A DNA stretch of 64,000 bases from Alphaproteobacteria bacterium (GTDB taxonomy: Bacteria > Pseudomonadota > Alphaproteobacteria > G965218375): contig OZ244618.1 in the NCBI GenBank assembly GCA_965218375.1, positions 186,432 to 250,431 of the forward strand, written 5' to 3'. Below the pieces are notes generated by a model. It searched no databases. It saw nothing but the letters and a program-made list of their open reading frames with translations, and was not told the origin of the DNA. The translations under genes were made by a program, and so were the position numbers. Shown in pieces: positions 41,368-49,945 of this stretch (positions are counted from its first letter, which is position 1; each line of letters opens with the position of its first letter).

Positions 41368-41943
41368 TTACTTTGACAGTTTTAAGGCTTTGATTAAATC
41401 ACGTTCAACCTCTGAACGCGTATTAAATTTTTGGGCTTTCTCTGAGTTATCTTCATTAAATAACTTCCTATGTTTGAGGTTATTAGATTTATCTTCGGGA
41501 CTCAACTTTTCATTTTCTGATAAACCAGAGTGCAACTGGTCGCCAACGTCGCCATAAGTCCTGACATTGTGCTCATTTTCGTGAACACTCCCTAATTTCG
41601 TAAAGAGCCCCTCCAGACGCTTTGTTAACTTATTTCCCGAATTGGTCATATAATCAAGGTCATTTGCTAACTCAGATGCCTTGGATATTTGTTTCACTAA
41701 ATCCCGATGTCGACGCTCAATTTTTTCGTCTAAAAATAATGCGGCATCTTCCCCAGCTTTTTTTAACGCCACAACACCTTGTTCTGCTTTTGCTATAGAT
41801 TCACTAAAATTAGTTATAATGCTTCTCAGCTCACTCTGTGCGCTTCGCAACTTAGCCAATTTCCGCATAAGGAACATACAATTTACAATTGTGATAATTA
41901 ATAAGAGAATAACTAAAATATCTATAATCAACGACATAGTCAT
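41368..41943 (-). CDS. Membrane-anchored coiled-coil protein of unknown function in the fliLM-motE operon (possibly DUF6468)
   Basis: N-terminal TM segment (SLIIDILVILLLIITIVNCMF), then charged helical sequence. The ATG at 41943 lies 1 nt after the fliM stop. The ORF track lists a GTG at 41952. Confidence 0.6.
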   Translation of the reverse strand: MTMSLIIDILVILLLIITIVNCMFLMRKLAKLRSAQSELRSIITNFSESIAKAEQGVVALKKAGEDAALFLDEKIERRHRDLVKQISKASELANDLDYMTNSGNKLTKRLEGLFTKLGSVHENEHNVRTYGDVGDQLHSGLSENEKLSPEDKSNNLKHRKLFNEDNSEKAQKFNTRSEVERDLIKALKLSK

Positions 41944-41944
41944 C

Positions 41945-43042
41945 TTAATCACCTAATTTCTTCGATAAAGAGCTAACAGGGCTTTCTAACATAATCGCAA
42001 TATTCTGCCCTAATCTGCCCATGCGGCCTTCACTTAATTCTACACCACCACACATAAATCGAATAGGAGAATCTGCAGATGTGTTAAGCATCATGGTTTT
42101 TCCTATTTCAAACTTCATAACTTCTTTTAGAGAAAGGGTTTGTTCATCGAGAACCGCTCTAAACTCAACATCTGTCTGCCATAACTCTGACGCCAAGTGA
42201 TTTTCCCAAATGGAGTCGCGGCCAAACTTCTCCCCCATAAACATTTGTAACAGCAATTCCCGAACAGGCTCAAGCGTTGCGTAAGGTAACAGAAGCTCCA
42301 GCATACCTCCACGGTCTTCCATATCAATCCGTAGCTTAGCAATAATCGCGGCATTCGCTGGACGTGCTATGGTTGAGAACCGTGGATTAATCTCTAACCT
42401 CTCAAATTGAAAAGTCACCGGAGACAAAGGGTCAAAAGCCGTAGAGAGATCATGGAGAAATACGGTCGCCATCCGCTCAATCAGTGTCCGTTCAATAGTG
42501 GTATAAGGTCGCCCCTCAATTCTCATGGGAGCCGCCCCCTTGCGCCCTCCTAACAAAATATCCACAATAGAATAAATAAGGGCAGAATCAATGACCACAA
42601 GACCATAGTTATCCCACTCCACAGCTTTAAAGACAACAATCATTGCGGGCAAGGATATGGAGTTTAAATAGTCCCCAAAACGAATTGAGTTAATGAAATC
42701 AAGAGAAACCTCTACATTGTCTGACGTAAAGTTACGAAAGCTTGTTGATAACATCCGAACAAGACGGTCAAAAACGATCTCAAGCATGGGTAAACGTTCA
42801 TAGGAGACCATGCCCGAATTGATAATTGCATGTATCCCTGAACGGCTAACATCCTCATCACCCGATGAATCAAAACCAAGGAGATTATCAATTTCATCTT
42901 GATTTAAAACACGGGCAGGTGCACCACTACTCCCGCCTCCGCTGTCGCCTTCGTCAACAAGAGCAGCCCACTCGTCTGCCATAGCTGAATCTTCATCAGT
43001 TTCACTCTCATTCGGGTCTTGAGATACATCGTCACTACTCAT
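41945..43042 (-). CDS. fliM: Flagellar motor switch protein FliM
   Basis: LNQDEIDNLLGF CheY-P binding motif; middle and C-terminal SpoA-like regions; 365 aa. Confidence 0.9.
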   Translation of the reverse strand: MSSDDVSQDPNESETDEDSAMADEWAALVDEGDSGGGSSGAPARVLNQDEIDNLLGFDSSGDEDVSRSGIHAIINSGMVSYERLPMLEIVFDRLVRMLSTSFRNFTSDNVEVSLDFINSIRFGDYLNSISLPAMIVVFKAVEWDNYGLVVIDSALIYSIVDILLGGRKGAAPMRIEGRPYTTIERTLIERMATVFLHDLSTAFDPLSPVTFQFERLEINPRFSTIARPANAAIIAKLRIDMEDRGGMLELLLPYATLEPVRELLLQMFMGEKFGRDSIWENHLASELWQTDVEFRAVLDEQTLSLKEVMKFEIGKTMMLNTSADSPIRFMCGGVELSEGRMGRLGQNIAIMLESPVSSLSKKLGD

Positions 43043-43100
43043 GTAATATAAAACCTAAGGTTAATTCTAAACAAAAACAGAACATACATTTAATATACCA

Positions 43101-43634
43101 TTAATGTACTAAAATTTCTTTAAATAAAATATCAGAAACTTTTATAGGATATACGGCTGCATTAACGCGGAGTAATAACTCTTCTTTTAAGCGATATGTG
43201 CCCTCAGATCCCCGAACCTCATCAATGCGGAGCTCACGCAAATAAATTTGAAAGTTATCCATTACCCGCGGCATTAACTTTACAACACTATCCAAGGCGC
43301 TCACACTGTTTAACTCTAAACTAACTTTAATCTTTAAAAAGGCATCTGCCTTACCGCTACTGTTGAGGTTTACCAAAATTTCGGGCACATCATAGAAAAC
43401 TATTTCCCCTTTTTCCGCGCCCTCTACACTTTGAGCGAGTTTATCATCAGCTCCCCCCTCACTAGAATCATCTGAACCAAAATTGATAATACCCGCCATA
43501 AATAAGCCAAATAAAACTCCAAGAATTACGATTATAATAATAGCGATTATAATAATCTTCTTCAGGCCCCCGCCCCCAGAGTCCAGCTCATCACCAATTT
43601 CTGATTCTTCATCGACATTTTGATCTTCTGTCAT
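43101..43634 (-). CDS. fliL: Flagellar basal-body-associated protein FliL
   Basis: Acidic N-terminus, a single TM segment, and a FliL-like C-terminal domain (FLKIKVSLEL...QIYLRELR...LLLRVN). Confidence 0.85.
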   Translation of the reverse strand: MTEDQNVDEESEIGDELDSGGGGLKKIIIIAIIIIVILGVLFGLFMAGIINFGSDDSSEGGADDKLAQSVEGAEKGEIVFYDVPEILVNLNSSGKADAFLKIKVSLELNSVSALDSVVKLMPRVMDNFQIYLRELRIDEVRGSEGTYRLKEELLLRVNAAVYPIKVSDILFKEILVH

Positions 43635-43961
43635 TATATCTCTCCTCCATTACCAAGCTGTGAAGCGCACGCACACCCCTAGACTCATTTACCACATAAT
43701 ACCTTAAAAAATTAAATTTTATACTTCTCAAAAATGAGATTATAATTTTTTATACACACACTTAACCTTAAATTATAAGGGCCCACTGATATACATACCA
43801 AAAAAATTAAATAAATAAAAATTTTTTAATGTCAAAGGCCATAAATGACCTCATTAAATCCACAAGAATACTTTTTAAAAAATTATCCCAAGCTCATAAT
43901 TAGACATACATGACTTTATAGAGAGTCTTTTTTCACATATTAATTTATGAATTCGTCTTAT

Positions 43962-43977
43962 TGGCACACTATATGCA
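43962..43977 (+). promoter_or_regulatory. Sigma-54 (-24/-12) promoter upstream of flgF
   Basis: TGGCAC-ACTAT-ATGCA compared with consensus TGGCAC-N5-TTGCA. The GG-to-GC spacing is exact, and the site lies 107 nt upstream of the flgF ATG. Confidence 0.65.
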
Positions 43978-44083
43978 TATTACACTATATAAACAATCTC
44001 ATATTTTTATATGAATAAGTTATAAAAAACTCAAAATAACTGCACCGTATGGATGCAGAATTCAAGTGTGATGGATAAAAGCT

Positions 44084-44815
44084 ATGGATAATACGTCTTA
44101 TATTTCACTCTCAAATCAGGTGGCTCTTCATCGTGAGCTGGACATTGTGGCGCACAATATTGCCAACATGAACACCACGGCATTCAAGACAAGCCAACCT
44201 GTTTTTGAGAAGTTTTTGGTCAAGCCCGATCCGTTTCAACAAAAAAATAAGTATCATTTTGTCTCCGACATTGGAATGTATCGTAATTTAAAGAGTGGGG
44301 AATTAATGAAAACCTCATCCCCTTTAGATATTGGTATCACGGGGTCTGGGTTTTTAAAAGTTCAGAACCTCAACAATAATGAAATTTATTTCACCCGCAA
44401 CGGACGCATGAGTATAAACGAAAATGGTATTCTTGTGGATACAAGCGGCAACGCCGTATTAGATGATGCTAACGGCAATATCAGTATTAATGATGATATT
44501 AATATCATTAATATTGCTAAAGATGGCACTATCTCTACCCAAGAAGGTGTTATTTCAAAGATAGGGTTATTCAATGTTCCTAACCCCAATAAAATGGAAT
44601 TATTAGGTAATCACCTGCTCACAACGGATCAAGAATCAGAACAATCTGATAATCCGAATATAAATCAAGGGTTTCTTGAAAATTCCAACGTAAACCCCAT
44701 TGAACAAATTAATAAAATGATTTTATTACAACGCTCCTACGAAGCAACCCAACGTATGGTGGATCAGGAACATAAACGTAAAACAGGTTTTATTCAACGT
44801 ATGAACCAACTGTAA
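44084..44815 (+). CDS. flgF: Flagellar basal-body rod protein FlgF
   Basis: MDNTSYISLSNQVALHRELDIVAHNIANMNTTAFK N-terminus and a rod-protein C-terminal motif. Confidence 0.9.
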   Translation: MDNTSYISLSNQVALHRELDIVAHNIANMNTTAFKTSQPVFEKFLVKPDPFQQKNKYHFVSDIGMYRNLKSGELMKTSSPLDIGITGSGFLKVQNLNNNEIYFTRNGRMSINENGILVDTSGNAVLDDANGNISINDDINIINIAKDGTISTQEGVISKIGLFNVPNPNKMELLGNHLLTTDQESEQSDNPNINQGFLENSNVNPIEQINKMILLQRSYEATQRMVDQEHKRKTGFIQRMNQL

Positions 44816-44866
44816 CATGGCGTCATGTTACCCGTTATAACCGTATCTTAATCAAGGGAATTTAAA

Positions 44867-45652
44867 ATGCGCAGCCTTAATATAGCAGCCACAGGAATGC
44901 TTGCACAGCAAGTGAATATTGAAGTTGTCTCCAACAACCTTTCAAACTTAAGTACCACTGGATTTAAGCGCCAGAAAGCTGAATTTTCTGACCTTGTCTA
45001 CCACAACATTCGCCGTCCTGGGGAAAGGTCCAGTGACAGTGGTAATCTGTTACCCTCAGGAATACAGATAGGTCTTGGGACACAAAACACCTCGATCTAT
45101 CGGATTGGGGGACTTGGTGACCCTATCAACACCAACAAGTCCTATGACTTAATGATTAATGGTTCTGGTTTTTTTCAAGTTGAACTCCCAGAAGGTACGA
45201 CAGCCTATACCCGAGCTGGTTCATTCTCTCGCAGTGCTACTGGCAGTTTAGTCACTCAAATGGGGTATACGGTTTTGCCTGAAATTGTAATTCCAGGAGG
45301 GAACAGTGCAAATGTTTCTATTAATGAATTTGGGGAGGTAAGCTCTCTGAATGAGGACGGCAATCAAGTCTTTATTGGGAAAATTCAACTCGCAGGTTTT
45401 GTTAACCAGTCAGGTCTGGAAGCCCTTGGAAACAACTTGTTCAAAGAAACAGACAGTTCAGGAGCTCCTATAGTTAGTGATCCTAAAACCAATAATTTAG
45501 GCTCTATCAAGCAATATCACTTGGAAGCTTCTAACGTCAAACCCGTACAGGAAATCACGACCCTTATTTCAGCACAAAGAGCATACGAAATGAACTCGAA
45601 GGTGATTAAAACATCTGATGAGATGCTGCAAGTGGTCGCTAACTTAAAGTAG
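44867..45652 (+). CDS. flgG: Flagellar basal-body distal rod protein FlgG
   Basis: MRSLNIAATGMLAQQ...SNNLSNLSTTGFKR and C-terminal LEASNV...MISAQRAYE-type motif; 261 aa. Confidence 0.95.
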   Translation: MRSLNIAATGMLAQQVNIEVVSNNLSNLSTTGFKRQKAEFSDLVYHNIRRPGERSSDSGNLLPSGIQIGLGTQNTSIYRIGGLGDPINTNKSYDLMINGSGFFQVELPEGTTAYTRAGSFSRSATGSLVTQMGYTVLPEIVIPGGNSANVSINEFGEVSSLNEDGNQVFIGKIQLAGFVNQSGLEALGNNLFKETDSSGAPIVSDPKTNNLGSIKQYHLEASNVKPVQEITTLISAQRAYEMNSKVIKTSDEMLQVVANLK

Positions 45653-45664
45653 GGATACAGACCG

Positions 45665-46597
45665 ATGGCACTCCATAAGGTGACATTACTAGTATTACTG
45701 TCTCTGGTAAGCGTAAACCTATCTTCCTTTGCAAAGCCCATCACTCTTAAACCTATGGCGATTGTCAACGGGACTGAAGTGAAAACCAGTGATATTTTTA
45801 TGAATGTTGACCCAGATAAGGATATTGTTTTGTTACGCGCCCCTGAACCTGGAAAGCAGATAACTTTAACGTCGAGCCAATTAAGATATTTGGCACATGC
45901 CTCGAAAATTGAGTGGAATCATCGTTTATCTCCTGCGTCATATACAATAAAACGTGCCAGCCATGTGATTTCTGTTGAACACCTCAAAGAAGAGCTCACC
46001 CTGGCTTTACAAAACTATACTCAGTCAGACAGCTTATTAGTACAGATCATAGGAAAGTTAAAGGAAATCCATATTCCCATTAATGAATACGCTGCCCTTG
46101 AAGTGGAAAGTGTCGAGTATATCGCAAAAAATGGAAAGTTCAGTGCTCTCATTAATATTACGAATGATAGGGTTGTTCTTCAGAGCGTTAAAGTCAGAGG
46201 GTATGCCTTCCCTGCCCTTGAGCTCCCCGTATTGCAGCGTATGGTCCAGATTAACCGTCCCCTTGAAGAAAAGGATATTACGTGGATTAAATTCAAGCTC
46301 AATCGTATTCCTGCAGATGCGGTGGTCGATGCCTCAAAACTGATAGGCGTCACCCTAAAGCGCTCTATCACTCCAGGGAATATTATTCTGCAACGCTATT
46401 TACAGTCCCCTTGGGTTATCTACAAAGGCGATATCATAAATGTCATTCATCAAAAAGGTAACTTAACATTAACGGTACCCGCAAAAGCAATGGAAAATGC
46501 CACAAAGAATCAAGAGATACAATTTCAAAACCTCAAAACTCGTACTTTGTTTTATGCAACCGTCATAAATTCTGATCTTGCCAAAACACTTAATTAA
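45665..46597 (+). CDS. flgA: Flagellar P-ring assembly chaperone FlgA
   Basis: Signal peptide, a C-terminal SAF-like segment (VIYKGDIINV...AKAMENATKNQEIQFQNLKT), and its position between flgG and flgH. Confidence 0.8.
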   Translation: MALHKVTLLVLLSLVSVNLSSFAKPITLKPMAIVNGTEVKTSDIFMNVDPDKDIVLLRAPEPGKQITLTSSQLRYLAHASKIEWNHRLSPASYTIKRASHVISVEHLKEELTLALQNYTQSDSLLVQIIGKLKEIHIPINEYAALEVESVEYIAKNGKFSALINITNDRVVLQSVKVRGYAFPALELPVLQRMVQINRPLEEKDITWIKFKLNRIPADAVVDASKLIGVTLKRSITPGNIILQRYLQSPWVIYKGDIINVIHQKGNLTLTVPAKAMENATKNQEIQFQNLKTRTLFYATVINSDLAKTLN

Positions 46598-46634
46598 TAT
46601 CACTAAAAAATAGTCTTAAAGAAAGTTGGTTAAA

Positions 46635-47387
46635 ATGAATACATCAAATCACTATTATACACTCAGGAAGGTCTGTATCTTCCTATGTATCAGCGTGTTT
46701 CTTACAGGATGTAATCTCAGAACACAATTATCTGAAATCGGCAAACAGCCAGCCATGTCTCGCATCGTAAATCCACTCGAGGAAAAAGGGTACAAACCCA
46801 TTATTATGCCCATGCCTAAAGCGGAGATAATGACATCTCATCCAAACTCCCTTTGGCGTACCGGTGCACAAACATTTCTTTGGGATCAAAGAGCCAAAAA
46901 GGTTGGCGACTTAGTCACCGTGACCATAGAAATAAATGACACAGCAAATGTCGCAAATAAAACCTCTAAATCGCGCAGTAATACCCGTGGTATCGGCGTA
47001 TCTGATATCTTGGGGATCGAATCGAAACTCCCTGATATAATCAAGCCTACAAATTTAATCGGTACGAATAGTAATTTAAGTGATAACGGCAATGGTAATA
47101 TAACCCGTAAGGATAATGTGAGCCTAACCCTTGCAGCAACTATTGTTCAAGTGCTGCCTAATGGAAATATGGTCATTTATGGCAAACAAGAAATGCGGGT
47201 GAACTTTGAGGTGCGAGAAGTTGCGATCGCGGGAATCATTCGACCAGAAGACATTACTGAAACCAACACAATTACCCATCAAAAAATAGCTGAAGCGCGT
47301 ATTTCATACGGCGGAAGAGGTCAAATCACCAACGTACAACAACCAAACTATGGCAATCAATTAATTGATATTCTTATGCCTTTCTAA
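46635..47387 (+). CDS. flgH: Flagellar L-ring lipoprotein FlgH
   Basis: Lipobox FLTGC and a FlgH-like core (VGDLVTVTI...GNMVIYGKQEMRVN...). I prefer the ATG at 46635 over the TTG at 46626. Confidence 0.9.
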   Translation: MNTSNHYYTLRKVCIFLCISVFLTGCNLRTQLSEIGKQPAMSRIVNPLEEKGYKPIIMPMPKAEIMTSHPNSLWRTGAQTFLWDQRAKKVGDLVTVTIEINDTANVANKTSKSRSNTRGIGVSDILGIESKLPDIIKPTNLIGTNSNLSDNGNGNITRKDNVSLTLAATIVQVLPNGNMVIYGKQEMRVNFEVREVAIAGIIRPEDITETNTITHQKIAEARISYGGRGQITNVQQPNYGNQLIDILMPF

Positions 47388-47448
47388 GGAAATAGCAGGC
47401 ATAACATCGGATGTAAAAGGATTTTATTCCAGTATCCATAGCACTAAC

Positions 47449-47493
47449 AAGGAAGACTGTCTTAAATTTAAAGACTTTCTTCCTTCTTTTTTT
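47449..47493 (+). terminator. Strong rho-independent terminator after flgH
   Basis: AAGGAAGA-CT-GTCTTAAATTTAAGAC-TT-TCTTCCTT compound hairpin followed by CTTTTTTT. Confidence 0.8.
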
Positions 47494-47517
47494 GCGGCCC
47501 CTTAAGAACCTCTTATG

Positions 47518-48870
47518 CTAAACGGTAACTTTTACCGCCTCGGTAATGTCCTGAGTCACCTGGTTCATCAGCTGCTCATCATTACATTCCACCATTATCC
47601 GCACCAAAGGCTCTGTTCCACTAAGCCGAACAATTAAACGGCCATCTTTACCTAGTTTGCTTCTGCTCGAAATAATGGCCTTTTGGACATTTTCATTTTC
47701 TAAAGGTTTTTGATGAAGATCAAACGCAATATTTGTTAACTTCTGAGGAACGCACTCAACCAATCCAGAGAGTAACCCAAGCGGCTTATCTTCACTGACC
47801 ATCAACGCCAGAACCTGTATTGCTGCAATCAGCCCATCTCCAGTCGTGGTAAAGTCCGTTAAAATAATATGTCCAGATTGCTCGCCACCAATATTCGAAT
47901 GACTGCTCCGCATCTTTTCCACAACATAGCGATCTCCAACTGGCGTTCGAACCAAGGGAATACCAAGGGTTGACAAGTACCGCTCTAACCCGACGTTAGA
48001 CATGATCGTTGCCACCACACTTCCCCTTAGGGCACCACGCTGTTTCCAGAATTTAGCCACAAGAGCAATCAGCTGGTCACCATCAACAATTGTGCCGTTT
48101 TCATCTATCAAAATAACCCGATCTGCGTCTCCATCGAGGGCAATACCAATGTTAGCCTGAACCTCTTTGACCTTATTAATCACGAGACCCAATGATGTTG
48201 ACCCACACCCTTGGTTAATATTGGTGCCATTTGGTTCTGTCCCAATAAGAGTTACGTCCGCACCTAATTCTGACAAAATCAATGGCGCTAAGCGATAGGC
48301 TGCCCCGTGGGCACAGTCCACAACAACCTTTAACCCATCTAAACGGCAATATCGAGGAAAGGTATTCTTGGCAAATTCCACATAACGCCCATGGACATCT
48401 TCTAACCGACTTACCTTTCCTAGATTATCGCCAGTGGGCAGATTCGTGAATAAATCCTCCGAATCCATAATTTTTTCTATGGCCAGTTCAATTTCATCAT
48501 TTAACTTGAAACCATCTGACCCAAACAATTTAATCCCGTTATCATGGTAATAATTATGGGACGCAGAAACCATCACACCTAAATCCGCGCGTAATGACCT
48601 GGTAAGCATTGCAACCCCTGGCGTTGGCATGGGACCTAACAAAAAAACATCCATACCAGTCGAAGCAAACCCTGCCTGCAATGCAGACTCAAAGATATAA
48701 CCTGATAAACGCGTATCTTTACCAATCAAGACCCGATGACGATAATTACCTCTCTTAAAGAACTGCCCCGCAGCCATTCCCACGCGCATGGCAACTTCGG
48801 GGGTTACTGGCCATTTATTTGCCGTCCCACGAATACCATCAGTACCAAAATATTTACGTAATATCGTCAT
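47518..48870 (-). CDS. glmM: Phosphoglucosamine mutase
   Basis: YFGTDGIRG and SASHNYYHDNGIK (phospho-Ser) motifs; 450 aa. Confidence 0.95.
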   Translation of the reverse strand: MTILRKYFGTDGIRGTANKWPVTPEVAMRVGMAAGQFFKRGNYRHRVLIGKDTRLSGYIFESALQAGFASTGMDVFLLGPMPTPGVAMLTRSLRADLGVMVSASHNYYHDNGIKLFGSDGFKLNDEIELAIEKIMDSEDLFTNLPTGDNLGKVSRLEDVHGRYVEFAKNTFPRYCRLDGLKVVVDCAHGAAYRLAPLILSELGADVTLIGTEPNGTNINQGCGSTSLGLVINKVKEVQANIGIALDGDADRVILIDENGTIVDGDQLIALVAKFWKQRGALRGSVVATIMSNVGLERYLSTLGIPLVRTPVGDRYVVEKMRSSHSNIGGEQSGHIILTDFTTTGDGLIAAIQVLALMVSEDKPLGLLSGLVECVPQKLTNIAFDLHQKPLENENVQKAIISSRSKLGKDGRLIVRLSGTEPLVRIMVECNDEQLMNQVTQDITEAVKVTV

Positions 48871-48873
48871 TAT

Positions 48874-49941
48874 CTATCCATTAAAAAAATTATACATTTG
48901 TACGACTTGATGCGTTTCAGCAACATCATGAACGCGCACAATCTGACACCCTTGTTTTATAGCTTCTGCGACCAAGAATAACGACCCAGGGACCCTTTTC
49001 TTTGGTGTCATCTCTTGGCAAATCATGTCTATAATACGCTTACGGGATGCACCAAATAAAATAGGACACCCCAAACCATGAAAAATAGAAACGTTTTTAA
49101 TAAGAGTTAGATTATGATCTAAACTTTTACCAAAGCCAATACCCGGATCTACAACAATATTATTTCGGTTGACGCCACCTGCAACCGCCACATTAATACG
49201 GTTCTCTAAAAAATCAAAAATATCAAGAAGGGCATTATCATAAGAGGGGTTAACCTGCATAACCTTAGGCTGACCTAAACAGTGCATTAACACCACGGGT
49301 GTTGCGCATTCAGCCATTATTGGGATCATCTCCGACTCGCGCCCCGCCATTATATCATTAATCCACGCAGCACCGTTATTGACGGCAACGCGGGCAGTCT
49401 CTCCATGACGGGTATCGATTGAGACCAAGGCATGGGGCGAGATAGCCCCTATGGGTTGGGCGACTCTGGAAACCTCCTCCTCTATGGATACGGGCACGGC
49501 TCCTGGGCGAGAAGACTCCCCCCCAATATCAATAATATCAGCCCCCATCTCTCTCATGGCATGGGCATGATTAAGGGCAGCTTGCGGGTCAAAAAAGTCT
49601 CCCCCATCAGAAAAGCTGTCTGGAGTTACATTCAAAATACCCATAATAACCGGCTTCAACCAGTCAAATCCAGTTAAAGGTCGACGCTGGGTGGTCAGAG
49701 CCCGCCAGCGGTCACGGGATACAGACTCCCCCCCTCCCTCAAGACTTAATAACCAGTCCTCAACGCAATCAACGGTAAGATCGAGATGGAGCGCATCATC
49801 ACGAAATAAGATACGAACGCGGGTGGCATAGGCCCACCCCCCAGCAATCCTAAGTGCACGCCCCTCTTTTTCAAGTAAACGCCCTAGATCACCTGAAATC
49901 CAACCATAAGGAACAAAATACGCACCAGAATGAATCAACAT
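48874..49941 (-). CDS. folP: Dihydropteroate synthase with a roughly 95-aa N-terminal extension
   Basis: GILNVTPDSFSDGG begins at residue ~100. The upstream 99 codons are open in AT-rich DNA. Confidence 0.88.
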   Translation of the reverse strand: MLIHSGAYFVPYGWISGDLGRLLEKEGRALRIAGGWAYATRVRILFRDDALHLDLTVDCVEDWLLSLEGGGESVSRDRWRALTTQRRPLTGFDWLKPVIMGILNVTPDSFSDGGDFFDPQAALNHAHAMREMGADIIDIGGESSRPGAVPVSIEEEVSRVAQPIGAISPHALVSIDTRHGETARVAVNNGAAWINDIMAGRESEMIPIMAECATPVVLMHCLGQPKVMQVNPSYDNALLDIFDFLENRINVAVAGGVNRNNIVVDPGIGFGKSLDHNLTLIKNVSIFHGLGCPILFGASRKRIIDMICQEMTPKKRVPGSLFLVAEAIKQGCQIVRVHDVAETHQVVQMYNFFNG

Positions 49942-49945
49942 AATG

